Shown here: piece after piece, positions 1-12,147 of the stretch
How positions within the stretch are numbered: the stretch's first letter is position 1
Layout: every line of letters begins with the position of its first letter
From: Hypanus sabinus
Lineage: Eukaryota
Direction: 5' to 3'
Length of the DNA stretch: 64,000 nt
Assembly: GCF_030144855.1 (NCBI RefSeq)
Contig: NC_082739.1
Coordinates: 44,144,001-44,208,000 of the forward strand
Notes under the pieces: generated by a model
Database searches by the model: none
What the model was told of the DNA's origin: nothing
Seen by the model: only the letters and a program-made list of their open reading frames with translations
Translations under genes and position numbers: made by a program

Positions 1-135
1 ATACTCCAAATTAGGCCTCACCAACATCTTATGCAACTTCAATATAACATCACATCTCCCATACACAATACTTTGATTTATGCAGGCTGATGTGCCAAAA
101 GCTTTCTTTATGACCCTATCTACCTGTGCTGCCAC
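1..135 (-). mobile_element. CR1 LINE ORF2 fragment
   Basis: Reverse strand resembles the RT C-terminal region of the other CR1 copies in the window. Confidence 0.5.
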
Positions 136-169
136 AGGAGGAGTGTTAATGGGAATGTGGGGAGAATAA

Positions 170-440
170 GGGGCACCATGGTAACGTAATGGCTAGCATG
201 ATGCTATTACAGCTCAGGGAATTCCAGAGTTTGGTGTTTAATTCTGCTGCTGTCTGTAAGGAGTTTGTACATTCTCCCCGTGAACCATGTAAATTTCCTC
301 CAGTTTCCTCCCACAGTCGAAAGACATATCAGTTGGTTGGTCATTGTAACTTGTCCTGTGATAAGGCTAGGGTTAAATAGGTGGGTTGCTGGACAGTGTG
401 GCTCATTGGACCGGAAAGGCCTGTACTGTGATGTATCCCA
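170..440 (+). mobile_element. tRNA-derived SINE (elasmobranch HE1-like)
   Basis: A/B-box-like head plus the core 'tgtaaggagtttgtac.ttctccccgtg..tttcctcccacagtc.aaagac', shared with copies at about 29100, 38150, 44100 and 60860. Confidence 0.75.
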
Positions 441-1172
441 TGCTGTATACTGCATCCGATGCTCCCAGTGAGGCCTTTTATATATTGGTGAGACCCGACG
501 CAGACTGGGAGACCGTTTCGCTGAACACCTACGCTCTGTCCGCCAGAGAAAGCAGGATCTCCCAGTGGCCACACATTTTAATTCTACATCCCATTCTCAT
601 TCTGATATCTCTATCCTTGGTCTTCTCTACTGTCAAGATGAAGCCACACTCAGGTTGGAGGAACAACACCTTATGTTCCCTCTGGGTAGCCTCCAACGTG
701 ATGGCATGAACACTGATTTCTCTAACTTCCGTTAATGCCCCTCCTCTCCTTCTTACCCCATCCCTAATTTATTTATTTTCCCCCCTCCCTTTTTTTTCTC
801 TCTCTCTGCCCATTACTTTTTGCCTGTTCTCCATCTCCCTCTGGTGCTGCCCTGCCCCTTTCTCTCTCCCTAGGCCTCCCGTTCCATGATCCTTTCCCTT
901 CTCCAGCTCTGTATCCCTTTTGCCAATCACCTTTCCAGCTCTTAGCTTTATCCCTCCCCCTCCAGTCTTCTCCTATCATTTCACATTTCCCCCTCCCCCA
1001 ACAACTTTCAAATCTCTTACTAGCTTTTTTTTCAGTTAGTCCTGACGAAGGGTCTCGGCCTGAAACATTGACAGTGCTTCTCCCTATAGATGCTGCCTGG
1101 CCTGCTGCGTTCCACCAGCATTTTGTGTGTGTTGCTTGAATTTCTAGCATCTGCAGATTTCCTCGTGTTTGC
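441..1172 (+). mobile_element. Penelope-like element 3' part: GIY-YIG endonuclease remnant plus pyrimidine-rich tail with hammerhead motif
   Basis: Translates VYCIRCSQ.GLLYIGETRRRLGDRFAEHLRSV..PVATHFN..EEQHL..LGSLQ.DGMN (PLE GIY-YIG with CCHH-type motif), followed by a C/T-rich tract and CTGACGA..GAAA. Confidence 0.85.
1038..1072 (+). ncRNA. Minimal type-I hammerhead ribozyme motif (partly decayed)
   Basis: AGTC-CTGACGA-AGG(gtctcgg)CCT-GAAA-CATT-GAC. Core boxes, stem II and a 3-bp stem I are intact; stem III/cleavage site is altered (CGTC to CATT). Confidence 0.6.
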
Positions 1173-1699
1173 GTTAGATACAAGTTTATATGTGTTGACC
1201 TGCACTTGTTGAAAACTTGCGTCGTAATGCAGATACTTCAAGCTGAAAAGACATTCAGCTGAGGTCAACACTTCTGAGACTTGTAATCATACAAATTCAG
1301 AGGAAGCAACATTACCACATGTTTATGTACTTATATCAATCACGTGAGAGCATATGTTATGATAACATAACCCTAACCAATGCTTTGCTGATTGCAGCTT
1401 TAAAATGCAGGATGCCAACAATTCTACCCATTCATGGAAAACATGTTAAGTTTAGTCAACAGAACTTAAATTCATGCATGGGAAATTTACGCTGCGGAAT
1501 TTCCAGTCACGTAAAGGTAAATGTTGTCAAAATCTGCAAGTTCAGAATTCTTCAAAGTTGAAGCCTCTCTATTTGTAACTGATTTCTTCTCTACTGTCGT
1601 CATTGATTGGAAATTGATATTGTATTTTGTAAGGAGATAGCTTGTGCCAGGATATGTTACTTATTTCACCCAGCTTGTTTCACGCCACTTTCACTGGAG

Positions 1700-1990
1700 G
1701 GTCAAGGGGTATTAATTACAAAATAAGGGGCCAGTCATTTAAAAATGAGATGTGTAGACACTTCTCTCAGATAGTAGTGATTCTCTGGAATTCTCTGCAC
1801 AGAAGATGGCAGAGGGCAGATCATTCAATATTTTTAAAGGGAACGACATAACTATCTGAAAGATTGAGGAATGGAGGGCTATGGGGAAACTGACACAGAA
1901 GAGGAGTTGAGGCTACTGGAGATCATCCATGATCATATTGAATAGTGGGGCCAAGTGGCCTATTCCAGCTCCTGTTTTCTTTTGTTCTTC
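1700..1990 (+). mobile_element. CR1 LINE 3' end fragment
   Basis: Matches the CR1 ORF2 C-terminus (G..FK.EM.R.FFSQR.V.LWNSL) and the 3' UTR of other copies. Confidence 0.65.
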
Positions 1991-2679
1991 TTCCTGCTCT
2001 CCCACCATTAGCATCTTAACCAAATGACTAAACATTTTCACTGGAGCTGGTGGAAGTGTTTCAATAATATTGCAACGTATTTCTATTTGATGTGATATCA
2101 TTGTAAACTCGTGTCTTTCATTCCTATTTTCTCACCTCCTTATCTGAAAGTCTTGCTTCTTTGTCAGCTTCTTTAGTAGCATATCACTTCACATTCACTC
2201 TCTCAAAATTAAGCCAATCAGTTAATTTCCTTCAGAAGGTTTCACATATGATCTGAGTTGATTTCTCAGAAACCTAACTATGCTAAATATATTTTTGCTG
2301 TTGTAATCCTATCACTTTATTTACAGGTAGGCATTTTATAAGTGCAAAAATATGCCTTGTTCAATTTGTTTGATCTGTGACCAACCTGGACACTTGTATA
2401 CCACAATAAGACTAGGCAGAGTAATAGTCCGACATGAACTAGATGGGCCAAAGGGCCTGTTTCTCTGCTGTAGTTCTCCATGACTCTAATTCAGTAAAAT
2501 ATAGGTTCTACTTAATTCCTGCTTTGTGGTTACAATAAAACACCATTCAAGTGATGCAAGTAAAAAAAAAATCAGTCACTATGAAATACTTAGTTACAAA
2601 TACATACACAAGGTGGAGCACTGGTGAAAAAAGATAGGAACAACATCTGCAGCGCCAATAAGAGTAGTTATAAATAAGA

Positions 2680-2803
2680 GAAGATCTGCAGATGCTGGAG
2701 ATCCAAAGCAACACATACAAACTGCTGGAGGAAGTCAGCAGGCCAGGCAGCATTGAGGGAAAAGAGTAAACAGTCAACATTTTGGGATGTTTCTTCAGGA
2801 TTG
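2680..2803 (-). mobile_element. Short Penelope-derived tail module (hammerhead plus GATGCTGCCTGGCCTGCTGAG..CAGCATCTGCAG)
   Basis: The same roughly 130-bp module recurs at about 29540, 29960, 33690, 34820, 35360, 41850, 44760, 52380, 58090 and 61380. Confidence 0.7.
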
Positions 2804-2805
2804 CC

Positions 2806-2835
2806 CTGATGAAGGGTCTCGGCCCGAAATATCGA
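2806..2835 (+). ncRNA. Minimal hammerhead motif with intact core and palindromic stem III (ATAT, AUC site)
   Basis: CTGATGA-aGGG(tctcgg)CCC-GAAA-TATC. Stem I is disrupted. Confidence 0.55.
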
Positions 2836-2999
2836 TTTTTTCACTTTTCCAAGAGTAGTAATAACACGGTTCTGTACTGACACGTGAAACGTAAATGATT
2901 ACTTCAGACACTGACTTGAGAATACAATATAAGTGGAGTGAAATGCTAGCCAGTAAACACTTTGATGTGTTAATTTTAACACCTTCTCTACAAATCTCT

Positions 3000-3430
3000 C
3001 TCAAATTCAAGTAGCCCATTTCTGATACTTCTCCCCCATTTCCGTATTTCTCTGTCTCCTTCTCAGAAGACAAACGATCCACTGACATATACAACAAACC
3101 CATTGACTCCAACAGCACCTAGACTATATCTGCTCTCATTCTGCCTATGGTTGGACACCTTCCCCTTCTTTCAAGTTCTCCATCTCCACTGCATTTGCTT
3201 TCATGATATGAATGTCTAGGAAATGTGACTCCCCCATTTTTTGTGGTTGGTGGAGTCCTCACCTGCACTTTGACCTAGACAGAACAAAAGTAGAGCTCCT
3301 TTTATCCTTCCAGCACATCGACCTTTCTCATTTCTGCCACCAGCCGGCCAGATCTTTCTTCTTTCCACAGGGACCCCTCTTTCTGTGACTCTCTGGTTCA
3401 CTCATTCCTCCTCATCCACTCATCCCCCTC
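3000..3430 (+). mobile_element. Penelope-like RT/thumb fragment (decayed)
   Basis: LKF..PISDTS.PF...S.S.D..STDIYNKP.DS, similar to the PLE motif seen at 53500-53612. Confidence 0.6.
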
Positions 3431-3439
3431 CCTTGCAAT

Positions 3440-3830
3440 AACCATATAACCATTACAGTGCGGAAACAGGCCATCTCCGCCCTTCTAGTCCGTGCCAAAT
3501 GCTTACTCTCACCTAGTCCCACCGACCTGTACTCAGCCCATAATCCTCCATTCCTTTCCTGTCCATATACCTATCCAATTTTTTTAAAATGACAATATCG
3601 AACCTGCCTCTACCACTTCTATTGGAAGCCCGTTCCACATAGCTACCAGTCTCTGAGTAAAGAAGTTCCCCCTCATGTTATCCCTAAACTTTCTCCCTTT
3701 AACTCTCAACTCATGTCCTCTTGTTTGAATCTCCCCTAATCTCAATGGAAAAAGCCTATCCACGTCAACTCTATCTATCCCCCTCATAATTTTAAATACC
3801 TCTATCAAGTCCCCCCTCAACCTTCATAAA
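3440..3830 (-). mobile_element. CR1 LINE 3' end
   Basis: ORF 3584-3820: RGDLIEVFKIMRGIDRVD..GHELRVKG..FFTQR.V.MWNGLP. Confidence 0.85.
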
Positions 3831-4429
3831 GGAAAACACAGTTCTCCTAACTCATTTCCTCACTACCATCCAGGAACCTAAACAGTTCTTCCAGTGTGAT
3901 CACTTGAGACAAGTATGATGCTGTCCCAAGGGGTTGTCTATTGGCTAGTCTTCAGGTGGCTGTAGAGGCTGATCCAGGATCCACATATTCTGGTGCAGAG
4001 TGGGCTTCCAGACCTTTGCAACTTGCTGATAAGCACCAGATTTAGTCTGGGATGTTAGGATAGACTCCCTTAAAGGTGAATATCTGCATGTGACTTTGTT
4101 TAATGTCACAGGCTGACAGGAAGCCACCACACAGTCCTTGAAAGATCTGGGTCAGGTGGCTTGAAATGCAAGATAACCAAGCAAAAATCACTGCTGCAGC
4201 CTTCCTCTGCCTTCACTGCTGCTGTGATAAGACATCATCTTCTGCCAGCTTCACTGCTGAGGTTATGGTTGGATCCTCCCCTTTGACCTCACTGCCATGG
4301 GTGACCTTACCAGGAGCTGCCAGATGGCTAAACTCCAGACAGTATCGCTCTCGGGATCTCAAGCCTCTTCACCGTGACAAGGTGATGATCCTCGGAGAAG
4401 AGACCTCCCATTACAGGCAGAGGTTCACG

Positions 4430-4815
4430 TTTGCCTCCGCCAACCTCTTTTATTGTATTCGGTGCTCTCAAGGTGGCCTCCTCTACATCGGGGAGATCAG
4501 ATGTAGATAGGGCGGCTTTTTCAAGCTCTGTCCACAATGGCCAACCTATTTGCATACTGTTTCAGCTTCCCTTCCCTACACTGACTGCAGGAATGTTCTC
4601 AGCCATCTCCACTACCAAGGTGAACATAAACACTGACTTTTATCAACATCACCTTTGATCTCATCTGGGAATCCACAATCCAACAGTATGAACAGTGAAA
4701 TTGTTACACTTCAGGTAACCAAAATTCCTGTGCTCTTCTCTCCTTCCTGCTGCTCTACACAGGTTCTCCCAACTGCTCCCTATCCTCTACACCTGTCACC
4801 TAATTTGGCCCTACT
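4430..4815 (+). mobile_element. Penelope-like GIY-YIG fragment
   Basis: LFYCIRCSQGGLLYIGE followed by a decayed endonuclease tail. Confidence 0.65.
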
Positions 4816-4829
4816 GTCACCTGCAGTTG

Positions 4830-6177
4830 AGCTGATGTTGGAATGGATTGTTAAGAATGTGGTTTTGTGGTACTTGGAGGCACTTGATAAAATAGGCAGT
4901 AGTCAGCATGGTTTCCTGAGGGAAAAGATCTTGCCTGAACAATTTGTTGGAATTACTTGAAGAAATAACAAGGAGGATAGACAAAGGAGAGTCGGGGGAT
5001 TTTGTATACTTGGATTTTCAAAAGGCCTTTTGATAAGGTGCCATATGTGAGGCTGCTTAACAAAATAAAAACACATGGTATTACAGGAAAGATACCGGCA
5101 TGGTCAGAGCATTGACTGGTTGGAAGAAGGAAACAAAGAGTGGGAATAAAGAGAGCCTTTTCTGATTGGCTGTTGGTGACTACTGGTGTTCCCCAGGGTT
5201 CTGTGCTGGGATCGCTTCGTTTTTACATTATTTGTCAATGACTTGGATGAAGAAATTGATGGCTTTGTGGCCAAGTTTGCAGATGACACAAAGATATGTG
5301 GAGGTCAGGTAGTGTTGAGGAAGCAGCAATGCTACAGAAGGGCTTGCACAGATTAGGAGAATGGGCAAAGAAGTGGCAGATGGAATACAGTGTCGGGAAG
5401 TGTATGGTCATGTATTTTGCTAGAATAAATACAAGCATAGACTATTTTCTAAATGGAGAGAAAATACAAAAATCTGAGGTGCAAAGGGACTTGGGAGTCC
5501 TTGTGTAGGATTCACTAAGGTTAATTTGCAGGTTGAGTCTGTGGTGAGGAAGGCAAATGTGATGTTGGCATTCATTTCAAGAGGACTAGTATATAAAAGT
5601 GAGGATATTATATTGAGGCTTTATAAAGCACTGGTGAGGCCTCACTTGAAGTATTGTGAGCAGTTTTGGGCCCTTATCTTAGAAAGGATGTGCTAAATCT
5701 GGAGAGGGTTCAAACAATGTTTATGTAAATGATTCCAGGATTGAAGGAGCATTTGATGGTTCTGGGTCTGTGCTCACTAGTATTCAGAAGGATGAGAAGG
5801 GATCTCATTGAAAGGCCACGATAGAGTAGATTTGGAGATGATGTTTCATATGGTGGGTGGCTCAAAGAGCAGAGGACACAGCCTCAGAATAGAGGGACAT
5901 CCATTTAGAGTGGAGATGAGGAGGAATTTCTTTAGCCAGAGAGTGGTGAATCCGTGGAACTTGTTGCCACAGGCAGCTGTAGAGGCCAAGTCATTTGGTA
6001 TATTTAAGGCAAAGGTTGATGGATTCTTGATGAGTCAGGGTATGAAGGGATACAGTCAGAAGGCAGGAGATTGGGGCTGAGAGGGAATTGGATCAGCCGT
6101 GATGAAATGTAGAGCAGACTCGAGAGGCCAAATGGCCTCATTCTGCTCCTATGTTTTATGGTCAAATGGTCTTATAC
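4830..6177 (+). mobile_element. 5'-truncated CR1 LINE (RT to 3' tail), decayed
   Basis: SQHGF, DFQKAF, QGSVLG, KFADDTK, LGEWAKKWQMEY and FFSQRVVN.WN.LP motifs, plus tail tcctatgttttatggtc. Confidence 0.9.
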
Positions 6178-7050
6178 CCAAGTTAATACAGAAAATAAAG
6201 GAAGAGATTGCTGTGCCTTTGGCAATAATCTTTGTGTCCTCACTGGCCATAAGAGTAGTACCAGAAGATTGGAGTGTGTCAAATGTATTTATTAATTTGT
6301 TTGTTTATTGAGATACAGCATGGAATAGGCACTTCTGGCCCTTTGAGCCGTACCCTATTTAATCCTGGCCTAATCACAGGACAATTTACAATGACCAATT
6401 GACCTACCAAGCGGTATGTGGGAGAAAACAGAAGTACCCAGAGAAAACCCATACGATGACATAAAGAACATACAAACTGCTTGCAGGCAGCAGTAGGAAT
6501 TGAACCCAGATCTCTGGTACTCCAGTGCTTGTGCTAGCCACTCCAGTACTGTGGCACCCATATGTTATTCCTTTGTTCAATAAAGGTAATAGGGAATTAT
6601 AAACCAGTGAGTCTTACGTTAGTCAAACTAGTGAGTCAAACTATTGGAGGGAATTCTTGGAGACAGGATTAGGGTTAATTAGTTGCAGGTCATGTCTCAC
6701 AAGCCTGAATGAATTCTTTGAGGATGTGACAAAACTCATTGATAAAGGTAGAGTAGAGCATGTGGTGTAAATGGATTTGATAAGGTTCCCCATGCAAGGC
6801 TCAGAAAGTCAGGAGGTTTGGGATCTAGAGAAACTTGGCTGCATGGATTCAGAATTGGCTTGATCATATAAAGTAGAACATGGTAGGAGATGGAGCATAT
6901 TCTGCCTGGTGGTTGATGACTGTGGTGTTCCTCAAGGATCTCTTCTTTATGGTTTTTATAAATAACTTGGTTGAGGTGGTGGAAGGGATGGGTTGGTAAA
7001 TATTCAGATGACACAAAGGTTGGTGGAGTTTTGGATAGTGTGGAGGGTTA
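6178..7050 (+). mobile_element. Older CR1 RT fragment, interrupted by a SINE and by the long CR1; resumes at about 11419-11530
   Basis: KEEIA.PL.IIF.SSL..VPEDW, then SDDTKVGG.LDS.E, continuing after 11418 as SWAEKWQME.NPEKCE.IH. Confidence 0.7.
6295..6562 (-). mobile_element. tRNA-derived SINE nested in CR1
   Basis: Reverse-strand head (gggttcaattcc B-box) and the SINE core seen in other copies. Confidence 0.7.
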
Positions 7051-10000
7051 ATTTTTGAGTGAGTGGGCCAGTGAAGGAGTGGAGATTTGAGGCTTTGACT
7101 CTAGAGATTCTGGCAGTTTTGGCAGTTGGACTGTGCAATCAAGTCAATCAAGATTTGAATAGCTCAGACTCAACAGAAAGCAGTTGATTGGATAATCAAG
7201 GTCAGGTGACCAAGCAGTTTGAAAAGCTCAAACTAATAAATAGCGGGTTACCTCAAGCATAGTGGCCTGTGGAAAGCGGCCAGTGGAGATTTGAGGCTTT
7301 GACGAGAAGAGGCTGAGGACGAGCTTCACTCCAAGTGAGGTAAGGCAGGGTAAGTTCCTTTCAAAGGAGAAAGTTTCAAAAGTTGGGGCAAGTATTGGGT
7401 AGGTCATGGCAGCTGAGATCGGCCCCGTGGTTTGTTCATCCTGCAGCATGTGGGAAATCAGGGATACTTCCAGTGTCCCTGACAACTATGTGTGCAGGAA
7501 GTGTGTCCAACTGCAGCTTCTGGCAGGCCGCATTGAGCGTCTGGAGCTGCGATTGGATTCATACTGGAGCATACTGAGAAAGTCGTGAATAGCATGTTCG
7601 GTGAGTTGGCCACACCGCAGGTAAAGGCTACACAGGCAGAAAGGGAAGGGGTGGCCACTGGACAGTGTAGCAGTAGGCAGGAAGTGCAGGAGTCCCCCGG
7701 GGTCATCTCCCTCCTAAACAGATATACTGTTTTGGATACTGTTGGGGGAGATGTCTCATCAGGGGAAGGCAGCAGCAGCCGAGTTCATGGCACCATGGGT
7801 GGCTCTGCGGCACAGGAGCGAAGGAAAAGGAGTGGGAGAGCTATAGTGATAGGGGATTTGATTGTAAGGCGTTTCTGCGGCCGCAAATGAGACTCCAGGA
7901 TGGTATGTTGCCTCCCTGGTGCAAGGGTCAAGGATGTCTCTGAGCGGCTGCAGGACATTCTGGAATGGGAGGGTGAACAGCCAGTGGTCGTGGTGCACAT
8001 AGGTACCAACGATATAGGTAAAAAATGGGATGAGGTCCAACAAGGTGAATTTAGGGAGTTAGGAGATAAACTAAAAAGTAGGACCACAAAGGTAATAATC
8101 TCTGGATTACTACCAGTGCCACGTGCTAGTCAGAGTAGAAATAGGAGGATATTTCAGATGAATACATGGCTTGAAAAATGGTGCAAGGGGGAGGGATTCA
8201 AACTTCTGGGGCATTGGAACCAGTTCTGGGGGAGGTTGGACCGGTATAAACAGGACTGTCTGCATCTGGGCTGGACTGGAACCAATGTCCTAGGGGGAGC
8301 GTTTGCTACTGCTGTTCAGGAGGCTTTAAACTAATGTGGCAGGGGGAATGGGAACAAGTGCAGAGAGACAGAGGGGTGTAAAATGAGGGTAGAAGCAAAA
8401 AGTAGTAAGGTGAAAAGTAAAAGTGGCAGGCAGGCAAATCCAGGGCAAAAAGCAAAAAGAGCCACTTTTCAACATAATTGTATAAGGGCTAAGAGTGTTG
8501 TAAAAACAAGCCTGAAGGCTTTGTGTGTCAATGCGAGGAGCATTCATAACAAGGTGGATGAATTGAATGTGCAGATAGTTATTAATGAATATGATATAGT
8601 TGGGATCACAGAGACATGGCTCCAGGGTGACCAAAGATGGGAGCTCAACATCCAGGGATATTCAATATTCAGGAGAGATAGACAGGAAAGAAAAGGAGGT
8701 GGGGTAGCATTGATGGGTAGAGAGGAGATTAACGCAATAGAAAGGAAGGACATTAGCCTGGAGGATGTGGAATCGATATGGGTAGAGCTGCATAACACTA
8801 AGGGGCAGAAAACACTGGTGGGAGTTGTGTACAGGCCACCTAACAGTAGTAGTGAAGTTGGGGGTGGCATTAAACAGGAAATTAGAAATGCGTGCAATAA
8901 AGGAACAGTAGTTATAATGGGTGACTTCAATCTACATATAGATTGGGTGAACCAAATTGGTAAGGGTGCTGAGGAAGAGGATTTCTTGGAATGTATGCGG
9001 GATGGTTTTCTGAACCAACATGTTGAGGAACCAACTAGAGAGCAGGCCATTCTAGATTGGGTATTGAGCAATGAGGAAGGGTTCGTTAGCAATCTTGTCG
9101 TGCGAGGCCCCTTGGTAAGAGTGGCCATAATATGGTGGAATTCTTCACTAAGATGGAGAATGACATAGTTAATTCAGAAACAAAGGTTCTGAACTTAAAG
9201 AAGGGTAACTTTGAAGGTATGAGACGTGAATTAGCTAAGATAGACTGGCAAATGATACTTAAAGGGTTGACGGTGGATATGCAATGGCAAGCATTTAAAG
9301 ATCGCAAGGATGAATTACAACAATTGTTTATCCCAGTTTGGCAAAAGAATAAACCAGGGAAGGTAGTGCACCCGTGGCTGACAAGGGAAATTAGGGATAA
9401 TATCAAGTCCAAAGAAGAAACATATAAATTAGCATAAAAAGCGGCACATCTGAGGACTGGGAGAAATTCAGAGATCAGCAGAGGAGGACAAAGGGCTTAA
9501 TTAGGAAAGGGAAAAAAGATTATGAGAGAAAGCTGGCAGGGAGCATAAAAACTGACTGTAAAAGCTTTTATAGATACGTGAAAAGAAAAAGATTGGTCAA
9601 GACAAATGCAGGTCCTTTACAGTCAGAATTGATCATAGGTGAATTGATCATAGGGAACAAAGACATGGCAGACCAATTGAATAACTACTTTGGTTCTGTC
9701 TTCACTAAAGAGGACATAAATAATCTTCCGGAAATAGTAAGGGACTGAGGGTCTAGTGAGATGGAGGAACTGAGAGAAATACATGTTAGTAGGGAAGTGG
9801 TGTTATGTAAATTGAAGGGATTAAAGGCAGATAAATCCCCAGGGCCAGATGGTCTGCATCCCAGAGTGCTTAAGGAAGTAGCCCAAGAAATAGTGGATGC
9901 ATTAGTGATAATTTTTCAAAACTCCTTAGATTCTGGATTAGTTCCTGAGGATTGGAGGGTGGCTAATGTAACCCCACTTTTTAAAAAAGGAGGGAGAGAA

Positions 10001-11418
10001 ACCGGGGAATTATAGACCGGTGAGTCTGACATCGGTGGTGGGGAAAATGCTAGAGTCGGTTATCAAAGATGTGATAACAGCACACTTGAAAAGCGGTGAA
10101 ATCATTGGACAAAGTCAGCATGAATTTGTGAAAGGAAAATCATGTCTGACGAATCTTATAGAATTTTTTGAAGATGTAACTAGTAGAGTGAATAGGGGCA
10201 AGCCAGTGGATGTGGTATATTTAGATTTTCAAAAGGCTTTTGACAAGGTCCCACACAGGAGATGAGTGTGCAAACTTAAAGCACACTGTATTGAGGGTAT
10301 GGTATTGATGTGGATAGAGAATTGGTTGGCAGACAGGAAGCAAAGAGTGGGAGTAAACGGGACCTTTTCAGAATGGCAGGCAGTGACTAGTGGGGTATCG
10401 CAAGGCTCAGTGCTGGGACCCCAGTTGTTTAAATATATATTAATGATTTAGATGAGGGAATTAAATGCAGCATCTCCAAGTTTGCGGATGACACAAAGCT
10501 GGGCAGCGATGTTAGCTGTGAGGAGGATGCTAAGAGGATGCAGGGTGACTTGGATAGGTTAGGTGAGTGGGCAAGTTCATGGCAGATGCAATTTAATGTG
10601 GATAAATGTAAGGTTATCCACTTTGGTTGCAAGAACAGGAGAACAGATTATTATCTGAAAGGTGGCCGATTAGGAAAAGGGGAGATGCAACGAGACCTGG
10701 GTGTCATTGTACATCAGTCATTGAAGGTGGGCATGCAGGTACAGCAGGCGGGGTGAAAAAGGCAAATGGTATGTTGGCATTCATGGCAAAAGGATTTGAG
10801 TACAGGAGCAGGGAGGTTCTACTGCAGTTGTACAAGGCCTTGGTGAGACCGCACCTAGAATATTGTGTGCAGTTTTGGTCCCCTAATCTGAGGAAAGACA
10901 TTCTTGCCATAGAGGGAGTACGGAGAAGGTTCACCAGATTGATTCCTGGGATGGCAGGACTTACATATGAAGAAAGACTGGATCAACTAGGCTTATGCTC
11001 ACTGGAATTTAGAAGATTGAGGGGGGATCTTATTGAAACGTATAAAATTCTAAAGGGATTGGACAGGCTACATGCAGGAAGATTATTTCCAATGTTGGGG
11101 AAGTCCAGAACGAGGGGTCACAGTTTACGGATAAAAGGGAAGCCTTTTAGGACCGAGGTGAGGAAAAACTTCTTCACACAGAGAGTGGCGAATCTGTGGA
11201 ATTCTCTGCCACAGGAAACAGTTGAAGCCGGTTCATTGGCTATATTTAAGAGGAAGTTAGATATGGCCCTTGGGGCTAAAGGGATCGGGGGTATGGAGAG
11301 AAAGCAGGCACAGGGTTCTGAGTTGGATGATCAGCCATGATCATACTGAATGGCGGTGCAGGCTCGAAGGGCCGAATGGCCTACTCCTGCACCTATTTTC
11401 TACGTTTATATGTTTCTA
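7051..11418 (+). mobile_element. Near full-length CR1 LINE (ORF1 zinc finger/leucine zipper/SGNH esterase; ORF2 APE plus RT), inactivated by stops and frameshifts
   Basis: ORF1: CSSC-x16-CRKC (7406-7588), IVIGD.I and VVHIGTND (7585-8334). ORF2: [42 protein letters not shown]. 3' tail ttttctacgtttatatgtttcta. Confidence 0.95.
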
Positions 11419-11670
11419 AAACTGGACAGTGCTAGGATACAGAGCTGGGCTGAGAAGTGGCAGATGGAGCTGAATCCAGAAAAGTGTGAAATGATTCACT
11501 TAGGAAAGTCAAACTTGAAGGCAGAATAGGCAGCTTATGAATATGTAAACGGAATTGTTTATGCAGCTAATTCATAAGTTTTACTCATAAGTGCCACAGA
11601 AAGCGATGAGCTGCTGGTTGAATAAGGTAAAAAAAAACAGTTTATTCACACTGATTTTACTAGTGTAATT

Positions 11671-11935
11671 GCAGGAAATGAGATCTAAGTTTTGTGAGAG
11701 TTTTTCAAAGGTGAAAAAATTTTTTGATGCAAAACAATAATCCATCGGAACTGACCATAAAGGTCATTGAACACATACTGACGGAGCTGAAGTTAGTATA
11801 GATGTCGTGACTGGAATCGGTTCCACTTTATTTTCCCACATTTCATTTCCGTAGCATCTCACTGTTGGTTGAACTAAGAACATTTAAGAGTGGGGAGAGA
11901 GCGAAAAGCTTCACCTCGAACGTAACTTCCTCCGT
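11671..11935 (+). promoter_or_regulatory. Candidate TATA-less haematopoietic promoter: Ets-IRF composite element and PU.1 box
   Basis: TTTCATTTCC at 11841-11850 (reverse = GGAAATGAAA, matching GGAAnnGAAA). ACTTCCTC at 11925-11932 (reverse = GAGGAAGT). AGGAAATGAG at about 11673. All lie 170-430 bp upstream of the ATG in a locally CpG-richer unique segment. Confidence 0.55.
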
Positions 11936-12098
11936 TCAGTACATCCTCTGGTATTTCTCAGTCTCTGCTGATCTCCGCCTGGAATGTAGAAATTACTTGC
12001 GGGCAAAACATCCACATTCTTTACTGCAGCCCGAACATTTTGAGCTGGTTAAGGGGGCTGAGGGTTTAAACCGTACAGGGACCGTTCGAATCAGAAGG

Positions 12099-12147
12099 AT
12101 GCAATTATTCCTGAAACTTCTTTTCCTCTTACAGGCATTAGTCCGAG
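12099..12147 (+). CDS. Exon 1: signal peptide [16 protein letters not shown](G)
   Basis: ATG at 12099 (gaaggATG), hydrophobic leader, 49-nt coding exon ending phase 1 at donor G|gtaagt (12148). This is the typical IgSF leader exon. Confidence 0.88.

Noticed and set aside
7051-11418. Active autonomous CR1
   Set aside because: Both ORFs are broken by several stops and frameshifts.
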